From: Eledone cirrhosa
Taxonomy: Eukaryota
Length of the DNA: 64,000 bases
Direction: 5' to 3'
NCBI GenBank assembly: GCA_964016885.1
Contig: OZ024746.1
Span: 59,644,001 to 59,708,000 of the forward strand
Within the stretch, counting starts at the first letter, position 1. Each line of letters opens with the position of its first letter. Both the position numbers and the translations under genes were made by a program. Below are positions 12,309-25,987 of the stretch, one piece after another. The notes under the pieces were generated by a model that searched no databases, was not told the DNA's origin, and saw nothing but the letters and a program-made list of their open reading frames with translations.

Positions 12309-15300
12309 GGGCGGCAGTTGACCTCAGCGTAAAGCCCCCAAACCGTCACTTCTTCATTAAAGACCTCCTGTCTGGAAGATACTTCCTCGTGGATACAGGA
12401 GCTTCCTGTAGTATTTGGCCGGGCTATTGCATGAAGGACACCCCTATCGAATCATCCATTACTCTGCAGGCCGTTAACCACTCGCCTATAAAGACGTGCG
12501 GACAAATCTCGCTTCCCCTCAAATTCCAAAATCTTCGTAGGGATTTTAAATGGATTTTTACGGCCGCTGACTTGCCATATCCAATCTTTGGAGCGGATTT
12601 ACTCCACAATTTCTCCTTGACTGTAAATGTCCGAGGCCATCGTCTGGTGGATGACATCACCGGTTTCTCAATTCGTGGCCGAAAAGCCAGTGCTCCAACG
12701 ATCAGCCCAATATTCTTCATCACTGCCGCTGGAGACGCCTACCATTCGTTGTTAGGATCGTTCCCGGAGCTCATCGATGGAAATTTTCGAGTTACGGAGC
12801 CAACTCGCGCAACCGAACATTTTATTTCCACAACCGATGCTCCAGTATTTTCACGTCTACGTCGTTTACCGGCAGACAAGTTGAAGGCAGCACGGTCCGA
12901 GTTCGACCATATGCTGCAGCTGGGTATTATTCGCCAATCTAAGACTCCTTGGGCTTCCCCGTTACATATGGTGCCCAAGACTTCTGGCGACTGGAGACCC
13001 ACTGGGGATTATAGGAGGTTAAACGCGATGACCGTCCCGGATAGATATCCGATTCCCCACCTCCAGAAGTTTGCATCTTCGTTGCAGGGTTGTAAGATTT
13101 TCTCCAAACTCGATTTAGTGCGAGCTTAGCACCAAATTCCAGTCAGGAAGGAAGACATTCCGAAAGCGGCTATTACGATTCCTTTCGGATCCTTAGAGTT
13201 TTTAACCATGCCTTTTGAACTCAGGAATGCCGCTAGCACATTTCAGCGGTTCATAGACGAGGTCACTCGTGGTCTGGACTTCGTTTATACATATATAGAT
13301 GATCTTCTAGTCGTTAGTTCCTCTCCAGAAGAGCATATGCATCACCTGAACCTTTTATTTTGCCGACTCCAGGATTATCGCGTTCGAGTAAATCCCGCAA
13401 AATGTGTTTTCGGATCCGCTTCACTAAATTGTTTAGGTCACGTCATCGACGCCGAAGGTATTCGACCCCTTCAACAGCGAGTTAAGGCTCTACAGGATTT
13501 ACCTCCGCCTACCTCACTTCGCCAGTTGCGTCACTTCCTAGGCCTAATCAATTTTTATAGACGTTTCGTCCCTCAGTGTGCAAAATTACTGTTTTCCCTT
13601 ACCGAGATTTTGAAAAATTGTCGTAAGAAGAATGAGGATATTTCCTTGACAGAAGCACAACTCGAAGATTTCCAGATTGCCAAGACAGCACTTGTTAATT
13701 CATCTTTGCTAGCCCACCCAGTACCCGATGCCAAGCTTTCGCTTTGTGTTGATGCATCTGATACCGCCGTGGGGGCAGTTTTACAACAGTATAATGCTAA
13801 ACACCAACAACCTTTGGCATTTTTCTCCAGGAAGCTGAAACCGGCAGAAACTCGTTACAGCACGTTTGGTCGGGAGTTATTAGCCACATATCTGTCGGTG
13901 AAACATTTTTCTCATATTCTTGAGAGAAGAAATTTTACGGTTTTCACTGACCACAAACCTCTGACCTTCGCTTTGAGGGGTAAAGCCGATAGATATCCGC
14001 CCAGAGAGACAAGGCACCTCGATTACATTTCGCAGTTCACCAATGATATCCAACACATTTCTGGCTCACTAAACACAGCCGCAGACGCCTTGTCACGTTT
14101 GCCAATCAGCTCGATTTCGTCATCCCAGGAGATAGATTTAAGTCGTTTAACAGCAGACCAACCTGCACTCGAATCGTTGGATACTTCATCAGCTGAATTT
14201 GCGACTTGCAACCTGAAATATCTGCCCTTGTCGACCACCGACAGGCAGATTCTCTGCGATGTATCTACGGATTCACCACGACCTTATGTTCCCGAGACAC
14301 ACTGCCGAATTGTGTTCCTTGCTTTGCACAGCATTTATCACCCAGGATCTTCAGCTACAGTAAAGCTCATAACAGCTAGATTTTTCTGGCCAAATATGAG
14401 GAGTGAAATTAGTGCTTGGTGCCGTTCCTGCATACAGTGTCAAAACTCTTAAGTCCACAGACACATCTGGGCTCCACTAGGTATTTTTAGTTTTCGACAC
14501 ATCCACATCGATATCGTTGGACCTTGGCCAGTCAGTAGTGGATACTCTTACCTTTTAACCTGCATTGATCGCTTTTCGCGATGGCTTGAAGCCATCCCCT
14601 TAAAGGACATTACCGCCGACACGATAGCGCGTGCCCTAGTATCAGGGTGGATTGCTCGCTATACCGTGCCAACCACAATTACTACAGACCATAGTAGGCA
14701 ATTCGAATCACATCTTTTCTCGGAGTTAACAAAAATTATTGGCGCTCAACGCATTCGGACCATATCTTTTCATCCTGCTTCAAACGGAATGGTGGAGCGT
14801 TTTCACTGCCAATTAAAGGCCGCTCTTCGTGCTTATCCAGACTCTACGTTGTAGCGCGTACCTTCCCATTGTGTTGTTAGGAATTCGGTCTTCAATAAAG
14901 GAGGACCTTGGGTTCTCCCCGACTGAATTGTTGTATGGTGCTCGTCTAGCGTTGCCTGGGCAAATGCTTGCCCCTGTTGATCTTGCTACTCAAGATCCCC
15001 TTTCTGATGTATCTCGTTTGCGCTCGTATTTTCAGGACTTAACGCCTATGGATACCACGAAACAAACTTAAAATTACAGTCCCGAGGGATATTGGCTCGT
15101 GGACACATGTTTTTGTCAAAGATGACACTGTTAGACCACCTCTCACACAACCGTACTCGGGACCCTACCATGTGTTAGCACGTACTAACAGACATTTTAC
15201 TGTAGACATTAAGGGATCCAGAGAGACAATTTCGGTTGACAGGCTGAAAGGGGCATACACAGACGCATATACACCAGAGCCATATATACCCCCATCTTTC

Positions 15301-15417
15301 ACTGTTGTACATACACCTGCTCCTTCTGCCACACCTTCACCTACATACAAAACCACGATCCGTTCCGGTCGAAGAGTCCACTGGCCCAAAAGATTTTGTC
15401 AAACAGTTTTTATCTGA
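12266..15417 (+). pseudogene. pol: Gypsy Pol (protease, RT, RNase H, integrase) with stops and frameshifts
   Basis: FLVDTGAS; [10 protein letters not shown]; DYRRLN; YIDDLL; DASDTAVGAVL; RELLA; FTDHKPL; HHCC; HIDIVGP; NGMVERFH; GPY. Stops at 13127-13129, 14450-14452 and later. Confidence 0.92.
12284..12290 (+). other. Predicted -1 ribosomal frameshift slippery site G GGA AAC
   Basis: Heptamer is in the gag frame (tcg gga aac) and pol is in the -1 frame. Confidence 0.75.
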
Positions 15418-15673
15418 ACTGGCCACTATGGAGCCTTTTTTGTATTGTGTATTACATGCTTTTCTTTACCTTGTTTCTTAACAGTTGAAAGTTTTCTTTA
15501 ACTATAGAGTTTTTTTTTGTATTGTTTTTTCATGTACCTTTTTCATACCTTTGCCTTGATCCCAATTTCTTGCGGGGTCGCTACAATTACCTTGGGGTTA
15601 TTCGCCTCTCGTCTGGAGGAGAGTACTGTAGCAGCCCCTAGGGTAAAAAAAAATGAGAACTAATTAGAGTTAC

Positions 15674-16918
15674 ATGTGACCTCTGCGCCGCTGAGGCCCT
15701 GGAAATACTCTACGCCAAAGACCACATCTTAAACAAAAAATCTGAGGCAATTTCGGCTTGTAAACATAAATTGCACAAAACTTTCCTGTATTACAGCCCC
15801 ACATTATACCCTTATGGATAGTACGATCTATACGCGGATATTTTACGTCTTGATGTGGTAGCTAAGTATATGTTATGTTTATACCATTACTTATTTGTAT
15901 AGGTAAGAATATATTACCTGTATGTTTTGTGAAGATACGTATACTTTCTCGTACGTATATTTGATTATATATGTTATGGCGTATATTTTATATATTTTGG
16001 TACGTATACTTTTGGTTATGTGTATACGTGAGTTTTGCGTCTGTGTGATTATGCGGGTTCGTACGTATGTAGGGTGTGTGTATATGTGTACTTCGTGTTT
16101 TGGTTGACGTGCGTCTCCGAACATATGTGTATTTACATGTAGGTATGTGCGTGCGCTTGTTATATGCGTATTTATTTATTTATATACGTTCATTTAATTA
16201 TTTGTATACACGCGCACACACACACACATATTTATATGTGCGTGTATTTGTATACCTATGGCGAGTTTTTCGCGTATGCTTGTGTATGTACGTATATGGA
16301 TGCGTGTATGTATTTATTTAATTTCAATTAGATCTGTATTTTATTTACTTTATGCTTAACTCTGAAGCCGAGAATCATTCGGTTACCTAGTTAGAATTTT
16401 AGTCTACGACTTCAGTTATACCATTTACATGGTTTTGTCTTTGCGTGCAATTGTTCTCCACGCTCCACATATGATGTATTATCTTCGTTTTCTTCGTTCA
16501 TTGCCAGAGAACGTCTCTATAAACCACCTAATAGAATATTAGTCTACGACTTCTTTTATACCATAAACGTGGTTTTGTCTTTGCGTGTAATTGTTTTTCA
16601 CCGCTCCAAATAATGACGTATTATATTCGTTTTTTTCCCGTTCTTTGCCAGGGAACGTTTCAACGAACCAAAGTATCGTCTTCCTGTCTTCCTCCGGTTG
16701 CAACGTTTTTTGAAATATTCACTTCTGCGTTCACAGATTGACTTTGTTAGTTTCAGAAGATCCCGTTAAGGGTGAAAGCAGCAATTCTTTGCTTAAACTT
16801 TAATCTGCTATTTTAATAAATATTTGCTCTACGGTTCTTATATATTTGATATATATTTATCCTTATCGAGCCCTCTTTGGATTTTAGTCTTCAAATTTAT
16901 TATTATTACTATATATAA

Positions 16919-16920
<2 letters not shown>
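15674..16920 (+). mobile_element. 3' end of Penelope-like element: endonuclease C-terminus, 3' UTR and degenerate HHR, ending at (TA)n
   Basis: CDLCAAEALEILYAKDHILNKKSEAISACKHK matches CNLCNTE...LINKKNELFSNCLHK at 20.4 kb. The UTR has an internal duplication (about 16390/16530) and a homologue at 52145-52270. Confidence 0.7.
16749..16799 (+). ncRNA. Degenerate type I hammerhead ribozyme (core CAGAAGA)
   Basis: agttt CAGAAGA tccc gttaa gggt GAAA gca-gcaattctt-tgc TT aaact; stems I and III pair; U4 is mutated. Confidence 0.55.
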
Positions 16921-16949
<29 letters not shown>

Positions 16950-16995
16950 AACATATAGAAATTACATGAATCAAAGTTCAGTTTAAATCATTTAT

Positions 16996-17044
16996 TTGCT
17001 TACAATTGTTTCCTCCAAACCGAGGTTTGCATTCTTCGGAGCAA
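16996..17044 (-). ncRNA. Degenerate type I hammerhead ribozyme (core CCGAAGA)
   Basis: Minus strand: ttgct CCGAAGA atgcaaacc tc ggtttggag GAAAC aatt GTA agcaa; 5-bp stem I and palindromic stem III ACAATTGT. Confidence 0.6.
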
Positions 17045-17374
17045 TTATTTAGTGATTTTTTACTTACTTGACCTCCTTTTCAACACAAGAGACATATAGA
17101 AACATATGTATATATTGATCCACAGTGGGTTGACATCCATTATAATAATATAGCATGGCAATTTACATACAAAGATTACAGTCATATTAAAGGACAAAAT
17201 TAAAGTTAAAATTAAAATTAAAATTAAAATAAAACATTGGCAGTTTATGAAGATAAAGCAAGAGGAAAGTTTGGAGTAGCCAGTGTATGCAACAGTCTCA
17301 CGTGAGGCATGCACGCGTGTCCTATTTATACAAGATTATAGTGCGGCAGATTGTTACATGTAACACACACACAC

Positions 17375-18980
17375 AAAACAACAACCTAACATGCATACGC
17401 ACAGCCACATATATACATACATATACCTACGCATATCCCGCCATATATACATCTACATATGCATACGCACACATGCTGCCACATGCATACACCTGCACAT
17501 ATGCATATTTGCCTACACACACATGTGCTTCCACATATACATATATAAACAAAACCGTAAATTAAAAGTTAAAAATACATTATACAATAAAAAACAATAT
17601 ACCATAAACTAACGGTAAATTACTGTAACATAAAATATAATATATAAAATATAATATACAATATGATATATATATATATATATATATATATAACTCTCTC
17701 TCCCCACATATATATATATACATATACATACACATGTACACATATTCATACATACATATACGGATATATACAAAGGATATGTGATAAAGTAATACAACAA
17801 GAATAATAGTAATAATAAAAAGCGTATATACTCCATATATAATCCTTCGCACACATTCCTGTGAGATGCACATAAACACCTACACGTATGCACAAATACA
17901 CATACACACATATAGAGGCCCACATATCCATACACCCGCACCCGCATATATATATATACTTTACCCGTTTTTTATTTTACCCCTTTTTTCTTCTACCTAT
18001 TTATGCAGTTACATACAGATTTTAATGTACCCTAAAATATTGTAAACTTATTTATTTATTTTGCTTTATTATCATATTGTGTTTATATTCGCGTGTTTTT
18101 ATGTGTGGACCTGTGCGTAGGTATATGCATGTGTGTGTGTAGATGTATATATATATATATATATATACGTGGGTGCGCGCGGGGGGTGTATATGGGCATG
18201 GGTGCGTGTGTGCATGAGCTTATATGTGCATGTATGTACATATGTGGCAGAATTTGTGTGTATGTGTGTATATATATGTGTATATATGAATATATATATA
18301 TGTATGTATGTCTATATATGTGTGCGTATGTACGTATAGCCACGTATGAGTAGGTGTGTGTGGGGGTGAGTAAGTGTGTATATACATGTATATGTGTATA
18401 TATATATATATATGTGCGGGTGCGGGTGTATGCATATGTGGGCCTCTATATGTGTGTATGTGTATTTGTGCATACGTGTAGGTGTTTATGTGCATCTCAC
18501 AGGAATGTGTGCGAATGATTATATATGGAGTATATATGCTTTTTATTATTACTATTATTCTTGTTGTATTACTTTATCACATATCCTTTGTATATATCCG
18601 TATATGTATGTATGAATATGTGTACATGTGTGTGTGTGTGTGTATGTATATGTATATATATATATGGGGAGAATGATATATATATATATCATATTGTATA
18701 TTATATTATATATATTATATTTTATGTTACAGTAATTTACCGTTAGTTTATGGTATATTGTTTTTTATTGTATAATGTATTTTTAACTTTTAATTTACGG
18801 TTTTGTTTATATTTGTATATGTGGAAGCACATGTGTGTGTAGGCAAATATGCATATGTGCAGGTGTTTGCATGTGGCAGCACGTGTGCGTATGCATATGT
18901 AGATGTATATATGGCGGTATATGCGTAGGTATATGTATTTATATATGTGGCTGTGCGTATGCATGTTAGGTTGTTGTTTT
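17375..18980. repeat. Long inverted repeat, arms about 580 bp (17375-17958 and about 18400-18980)
   Basis: Reverse-complement match, also seen as near-identical ORFs on opposite strands (17391+ vs 18743-; 17580- vs 18482+). Confidence 0.92.
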
Positions 18981-18981
18981 T

Positions 18982-19047
<66 letters not shown>

Positions 19048-19770
19048 TGTGTGTGTGTGTGTGTGTGTGTGTATACGTGTGTATATAATGTTTGTGTACG
19101 TATGCGTATTTTGTATGTATGTGTGGTCATGTGTGAGTATATATATATGTATATGTGTATGTATGTATGTGTATATATATATATGTATATACATGCGCGT
19201 GCGTGTATATATGTATGTGTATGTATGTGTGTATGCATATATGTGTGTTTATGAGTGTGTATATATAGATATATAAATGTATATAAGGTTGGGCGTATGT
19301 ATACATGGATACATGGGGCGAATTAAGCAGCCGTCATAAGGCTTGTGGCGATATGTATCTACAAGTGGGTGTGACTGGGTCCGTGGAAGTGAAGGAGAGA
19401 GTGTGTGTGTATATATACATATATGTATGTATGTGGGTGTGTGTGTGTCTGCACATGTAGGCGTACGTGTGTGTAAGCATAAATCTGTCGGTGTCTGCAT
19501 GTGTGTGTGTATGTGTGTGTATATTAGTATGTGTGGGTGCTTACTCTGAAGTGTGAACAGACATGTGAGATGCTGAACCCAGCAAGACTCCATCGAAATA
19601 TGTCGGACGGAAAATGGCTGATGACCCGTGTGGCAGTAAATACTGACCAGAACTTGTGATGACGTGAAGTAAAAACAGCCAATGGCATGACAAGAGTGGA
19701 AGTAGGGTTTTTTTAGGGTGTTTTTGGATGATAACACCCCAGTGATAAAATTTGCTCCAAACGAAATACC

Positions 19771-19861
19771 CGTGTCTGAAAGAACCTGCAGAAGTAGAAT
19801 CAGCCAGATCCATACACGGACCATGTCCCGAGCTACCTGCCGGCGAAACAATTGTAACACG
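19771..19861 (+). ncRNA. Type I hammerhead ribozyme with long stem II and 1-nt core insertion
   Basis: cgtgt CTGAAAGA [acctgcagaagtag...ctacctgccggc] GAAAC aatt GTA acacg; perfect 5-bp stem I, palindromic stem III, GUA site. Confidence 0.65.
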
Positions 19862-19993
19862 CAATAAATTAAGTCCAGATGCATCACTGATTTTTCGTTT
19901 TCTTTATACTATCTACACTCTACTCTGGTGAATATCGAGTGCTAATTTTGGCATACCGCCTATGGAAGCACCATAGCTACCATTATACACAAC

Positions 19994-20054
<61 letters not shown>

Positions 20055-20089
20055 CATATATATATATATTGCAATATATATATATATAT

Positions 20090-21806
20090 ATTGCAAAATA
20101 ACTGCCTTGATAAGAACTTAGTGTATAAATGTACCGTTAAAGCAAATAATAATATTACCTATAACTACATAGGTGCAACTTCATCGAACTTTAAACTGAG
20201 ATTTTCCAATCATAAACATTCTTTTTCTAATCCGGATAAGAAATTTTTACTTCTTTATCACAATTAATATGGCCTTTAAAAGTGAAAAATATAAAATACT
20301 CAATATTTTGGTCTAAACTTCGGAGCCGTGAACTTTACCGGAATAACTCTATCTCACCTAACTGCAATCTTTGCAATACTGAGACTCTATTAATAATTGT
20401 TAATTATGGTAATTTAATTAACAAGAAAAATGAATTATTCTCAAATTGCCTGCATAAATCTGCATCGACATTTCAAGCATCACATAAAATTAGGAAAAAA
20501 ACATTGACTGAGTGAGAACAGATATTGACTATTATTAATAATTCTTGTAATGCTTTTATTATTGCTATTATTAATATTGTGTATAATGTTTCTACCTAAC
20601 CTTAGGAAATGTCTACCTGCTCTTTTAAAGAGTATGATAATCTCTTGATTGTTTAAGTACCCTTAGTTTTAATTTAGAATTTTTTAAATCCTGTATTTTA
20701 TAAATTTAATATCTGTAATATCTTCAGACCCTTAAACCGTTTAATTAATTTAAATGTTTGAATACGTCGTACGAAGATATTGTTTACATTTATCGTATAT
20801 AAGTTTCGTTTTGTCTAAATTGATTAATAATCTGTACTTAACTTGATTTATAGTATTGAATACAGTAAAATTTAGTTTAATCAAAATAACAATACTCTCA
20901 AGTGTAATTATAACTAATAATTAATCTTATATATAATTGGCAAATATTGATTTAAATTATATAGTTTATATAAAAGAACTATACAAATGCTAATATCTAA
21001 ATAAGTTAGGTTTAATAATATCATATTTACTACATTTATAAGCACTATTGTAGTTAATAATATCTTTAATTTTGATTTTTAACTAAATTATTGCTTATAT
21101 TTATTAATTTAAATATACTCCTGATTACCCTTGAAATTATGTTTATCTTTTTCACTTTATATTGTTCTAATCTTGATATAATATAATACTATAATTTCTT
21201 TCAAATATTATAGACTAAAAATGTTATGGTATTTAATTGATTATTTCTATCTAACTTAATATTTGAAAAAAAACGGTCACGCATCATATACCTTTATTCT
21301 TCTTTCTTTCTTCTTTTCCTTATGTAATTATATCATACCATACATATCTCATTTTCTTTGTTTTTAGTATCATCTCTCTATCTTTTTCTTTCTCTCCTCT
21401 ATTTAGCTCTCTCTCTCTCACACATTTGCTTTTTCTCTAATACGGATGTTTACATATTTAATTATTTAAATTTTTAACAGTTATGTACTTATATGTTTAT
21501 ATATTTTACTTGTTCTTATATATACTTATTGTATTATTTTATACACGTTCTCCTACGCACCCTCTCAATTATATGTAGTTTGTCATGTTACTATTTATGG
21601 TATATAAATATTGAGTTTTGTCATAACTAATCACTGCCAAAACTGGAATTGAACCATCAGCACAGTTGAGGTATGTCAGACATCAATTTATTTTATCTGA
21701 TGAAGACGTACTGATGAAACAGCTCAGTACCTCTGAAATATATATAATAAAATATATTTGATCACATGAATGTCTATATTTATTAATATTTATTAATATT
21801 TTGAAG

Positions 21807-21810
<4 letters not shown>
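20090..21810 (+). mobile_element. 5'-truncated Penelope-like element: GIY-YIG endonuclease pseudogene, AT-rich 3' UTR and HHR, flanked by (TA)n
   Basis: NCLDKNLVYKCTV...YIGATSSNFKLRFSNHKHSF, then after a frameshift CNLCNTE...LINKKNELFSNCLH. Linking the 1.3-kb UTR to the ORF is inferred from position. Confidence 0.85.
21689..21754 (+). ncRNA. Type I hammerhead ribozyme, core intact (family A)
   Basis: tattttat CTGATGA agacgtactga-tgaaacagc-tcagtacctct GAAA t-atat-a TA ataaaata; 8-bp stem I, 10/11-bp stem II, palindromic stem III, AUA site. Confidence 0.85.
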
Positions 21811-21857
<47 letters not shown>

Positions 21858-21864
<7 letters not shown>

Positions 21865-22043
21865 GTGAGGTTTTTTTACAAAATGAAAAATAACCGAGGT
21901 GTCCTACACGAGTGAAAGTATAAAGAAAAAGAGATGAAATCGAAAATGCAACTGGAGTCTTATTTTTTAAAAAAGAACCAAATAAATATATATATATTTT
22001 TTAAAATAAGACTCCATTTGCATTTTCGATTTCATCTTTTTTT

Positions 22044-22050
<7 letters not shown>
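21858..22050. mobile_element. Fold-back remnant of HHR family C tail (ribozyme lost)
   Basis: Matches 47384-47520 and 59720-59860; internal inverted repeat GATGAAATCGAAAATGCAA / TTGCATTTTCGATTTCATC. Confidence 0.8.
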
Positions 22051-22111
<61 letters not shown>

Positions 22112-22261
22112 ATACTTTGGGAGGGTCATGTTGCCAATAAGAAACACACGCACCAGTTGCTTTCACTTCAATTTATTATATATTTATAAATTTACAAATT
22201 TATAAATCTATAAATTTCTGGTTGGTTGGTTGGTTCCACAACCAGATAGTTGTTTATATAT

Positions 22262-22306
22262 AGTCATAGTCCTTTCGTCACACACTCTGTGACCTCTTCA
22301 GTGACT
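22262..22306 (-). ncRNA. Minimal type I hammerhead ribozyme (family B)
   Basis: Inverted copy of 22332-22376. Confidence 0.75.
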
Positions 22307-22331
22307 GGGGATTCCAAAGAAAGGAATCCCC

Positions 22332-22376
22332 AGTCACTGAAGAGGTCACAGAGTGTGTGACGAAAGGACTATGACT
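22332..22376 (+). ncRNA. Minimal type I hammerhead ribozyme (family B)
   Basis: agtca CTGAAGA g gtcaca-gagtg-tgtgac GAAA ggac TA tgact; 5-bp stem I, 6-bp stem II, CUA site. Confidence 0.75.
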
Positions 22377-22588
22377 ATATATAAACAACTATCTGGTTGT
22401 GGAACCAACCAACCAACCAGAAATTTATAGATTTATAAATTTGTAAATTTATAAATATATAATAAATTGAAGTGAAAGCAACTGGTGCGTGTGTTTCTTA
22501 TTGGCAACATGACCCTCCCAAAGTATAACAATATCGGTTTCAACACACGATTTCAGATAAAGAATCTTGCTAAACAAATTCAGAAACG

Positions 22589-22642
<54 letters not shown>

Positions 22643-22937
22643 GCAAGGTTTTTGCTTTTTAGCGTCCTCAAAGTTAACTTTGGGATTTGAACTCGGACCG
22701 AGGAGAGACGAAATAAATACTGTTAAACATTCTATTAGCTACTTTAACAACTCAATTCTCAGCCTGTATTTTTTTGTATATATGTGTCTGTATATGTGAA
22801 TGTGTATACATACTGTATATGAGTGACCGTGTGTGCGCATATATATGTATATGAAAACTTATACGCCTTTACTTTACTTCAGTTATATATATATAGGTGT
22901 GTGTGTCTTTACAGTATGTATATATATGGAAACGCAA

Positions 22938-23002
<65 letters not shown>

Positions 23003-23579
23003 TATATAATACATATATGGAAACGCTAACACACACACACACATATATATATATATTTATATATATATATATATTTACGTGTATGCAATTATGTATCATG
23101 TATATATACATATATATGTGTGTGTGCGTATGTATCTATGTCTATATGTGTACATGTGTTAGTACATCTATCGTCTGCTTATACATCTGACTGCTCCCAT
23201 TTTACAGGGGTTTTTTTAAAACTATATTTATATTATTTCAAACGAGTTTTCTTGATTATTTTTTTACCTTGCTTTTGTTTTTAGGCTTATTATTCTTTTG
23301 CTGTGGTTTTTGTTATTGGTGGTGGTGATGGTGTTGGTGGTCGTGGTCGTGGTGGTGTCTTTTTGTTGTTCTTGTTGTTGTTGCTAGTAGTGAGGTGAGG
23401 AGGGGGAATAAGCGATGGTGATGTTGGTGATGGTAGTGATGGAGGTGGTGGTGGTGGTGTCGACGCTAGAACATATAATTAGAAAGAATTGCTCAATTAT
23501 GAAAAGAAACTATCTAATAACTAATGTTATTTTTATGTTGCTTTTTTGTTGCTGTTATGTTTGTTGTTATTGTTATTAT

Positions 23580-23643
23580 TGGTGGTGGTGGTGGTGGTGG
23601 TGGTGGTGGTGGTGGTGGTGGTGGTGGTGGTGGTGGTGGTGGT
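23580..23643. repeat. (GGT)n microsatellite
   Basis: Seen directly. Confidence 0.95.
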
Positions 23644-23799
23644 GAGACAGAGATAGGTGTGGTTGGCGTGGGGAAAAGAAGGTTTGGTTTCATTCATGAA
23701 GACAATATTAACTACCTTTTGTCGCCTACCGCCCCCGAGCGACTGGTCTTTCGACACGTTTAATTTTTCTCTCTCTCTCTCTCACACACGTACATAAAT

Positions 23800-23830
<31 letters not shown>

Positions 23831-23868
23831 TTCACTCACACACGCACACACACACACACACATATATA

Positions 23869-23903
23869 TCACGAGAAAAAATAACTTTTCCGACAGACCT
23901 CAT
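23869..23903 (-). mobile_element. Isolated mariner terminal inverted repeat
   Basis: Reverse complement GAGGTCTGTCGGAAAAGTTATTTTTCTCGTGA matches the left end of the mariner relic at 27035. Confidence 0.65.
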
Positions 23904-23945
23904 ATATGTATATATATATATATATATAAAGAGAGAGAGAGAGAG

Positions 23946-24023
<78 letters not shown>

Positions 24024-24049
24024 TATAATATGTATATATATATATATCA

Positions 24050-24542
24050 TAAAGAGCAAAAGACAATCTAAGTCAATGAAAAACATCCTAACACCTGCCA
24101 AAGTACTGCCAACCACAACAACGAAACCCACAGTAAAAAAAAATGCGATAGACCCAACTGTGGCATTTGCATCAACCTAATATAGGGTTCGGAATTCTAT
24201 TTCAAAGAAGGAAAACGTTTTATAGTAAAACACAATTTCACATGCGCATCAGAAAATCTAATATATGTATTAACTTGCTCAGGTTGTCGAGAACAATACA
24301 TAGGCCAGACCAAAAACAGCCTCCGCCAACGCATGACTGTCCATAGATCCCAAATTAAAATACGGGAATACAGGAAAATACCACTGAGTGAACATATTGA
24401 TACCTGTGCCGCCCAAAATCATCCCAACTTCAGAATCTTTCCCCTCTACAAATTTAAAGATAATGCCACCCACACCCAGCGCCTCAGCAAGGAATCTTAC
24501 TTTATTAACAAATACGGACCCCGTCTAAACACTTCTCCCTAA
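24050..24542 (+). pseudogene. Penelope-like GIY-YIG endonuclease with Cys-rich linker (Neptune/Nematis-type), 5'-truncated
   Basis: Hand translation: KCDRPNCGICINLI*GSEF...FTCASENLIYVLTCSGCREQYIGQTKNSLRQRMTVHRSQI...RLSKESYFINKYGPRLN. Confidence 0.88.
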
Positions 24543-25197
24543 GACGAACCCACAACATACACACGTCAACATACATACCTACATCAGCACACATCTCTAC
24601 CCACATATAAACACAATGACATACGTAAACACACATGTTCTATGGTGCAACACAAATATACACAAATTTGCATACATTTTGATGTCTATAGATATAAACG
24701 TGCCGACACACACACATACATAAACACACACATGCATTGCACACTGATGGGCACATACATATTTGTGCACAGGTATTCCAATACAGCAAAGCCTAATGAA
24801 TTCCCCTTGCAGTACGTACAATCTGGACACACCCCAGATACATATTTGTACACAGGTATACAATTTCTGGACACACTCCAGATACATATTTGTGCACAGG
24901 TATTCCAATACGGCAAGGCGTAATGGATCCCCCTTGCAGTACGTACAATCTGGACACACACACTCACACACACCTTGGTTTTATGCCAATACTATATATC
25001 ATTTCACACCTTTTATTATTAAGGTTTTAGATGTTCTATTGAGAGAATCGATTTTACTGAAAATATCGAATAATGTACACCATTTTACCAGGATAAAAAT
25101 ACTGGTCCCCCCAACACACACACACACACACACATTCTCACACACACACATATATACACACACACACATACACACGCGTACATTAACATACAAAGAG

Positions 25198-25239
<42 letters not shown>

Positions 25240-25913
25240 CTCCGTATAAGACAAGAACTGAAAAATATCTTTTAACATGTTAAAATATCCCCCACACACT
25301 TACAGACACATTCCTACTGACCAGCCCTCTACCACGAATTACTCTGCTACACACACACACTTGTCTTAATAGGCATTTGAACTGTCAACAGGCTGCGGTT
25401 CGCACACACATTCCTGCTGACCATTATCACAACAACGAACCTCTTTACTACTACTACACACACACACACACATATTTGTTGTGAAAGACTTATTTCTCAG
25501 TCAGCCGACACAAACCCACATTTGGCGCAAAATCAATTTTTTTACATTCACATGACCTCTACCGATCAATCAAAATTGTTTTGACCACAAGAATTTTTGC
25601 AACATGAATTGGCGCAAAACTTATTTTAATACCGCTGGAGCCACTTTTTTAACATAAAAACAGGTAGAATTCCCAAAACTAATCAGATCAGAGCAAACAT
25701 CACGGACGCTCTATCTCAAAATTATTTTTGAAAAGCATTAGAAATGCGCAACCGGTAAAACTTAAAATCAAAACTGAATACTAACCAATACTATTACTAA
25801 TTCTCACTTATTCCTAATTAAACTATTTTTCACTGTGAACAATTTGTCAGCATTTTCTATTCCGTTTACCAATATATATACATATATATATGATATATAT
25901 ATATATATATATA

Positions 25914-25987
<74 letters not shown>

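Larger units (their letters stand above)
10995..15673 (+). mobile_element. Ty3/Gypsy LTR retrotransposon, CsRn1-like clade, decayed
   Basis: 5' LTR remnant about 10995-11258; PBS TGGTGACCCCGA at 11260 (tRNA-Trp type); gag-pol in PR-RT-RH-IN order; polypurine tract GGAGGAGAG near 15615; 3' LTR starts TGTAG at 15627 and shares AAAAATGAGAA(T/C)TAATTAGAGTTAC with the 5' LTR. Confidence 0.92.
22104..22534. repeat. Palindrome of two 212-bp arms with 7-bp spacer (HHR family B element in both orientations)
   Basis: 22104-22315 is the reverse complement of 22323-22534; spacer AAAGAAA. Confidence 0.95.
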
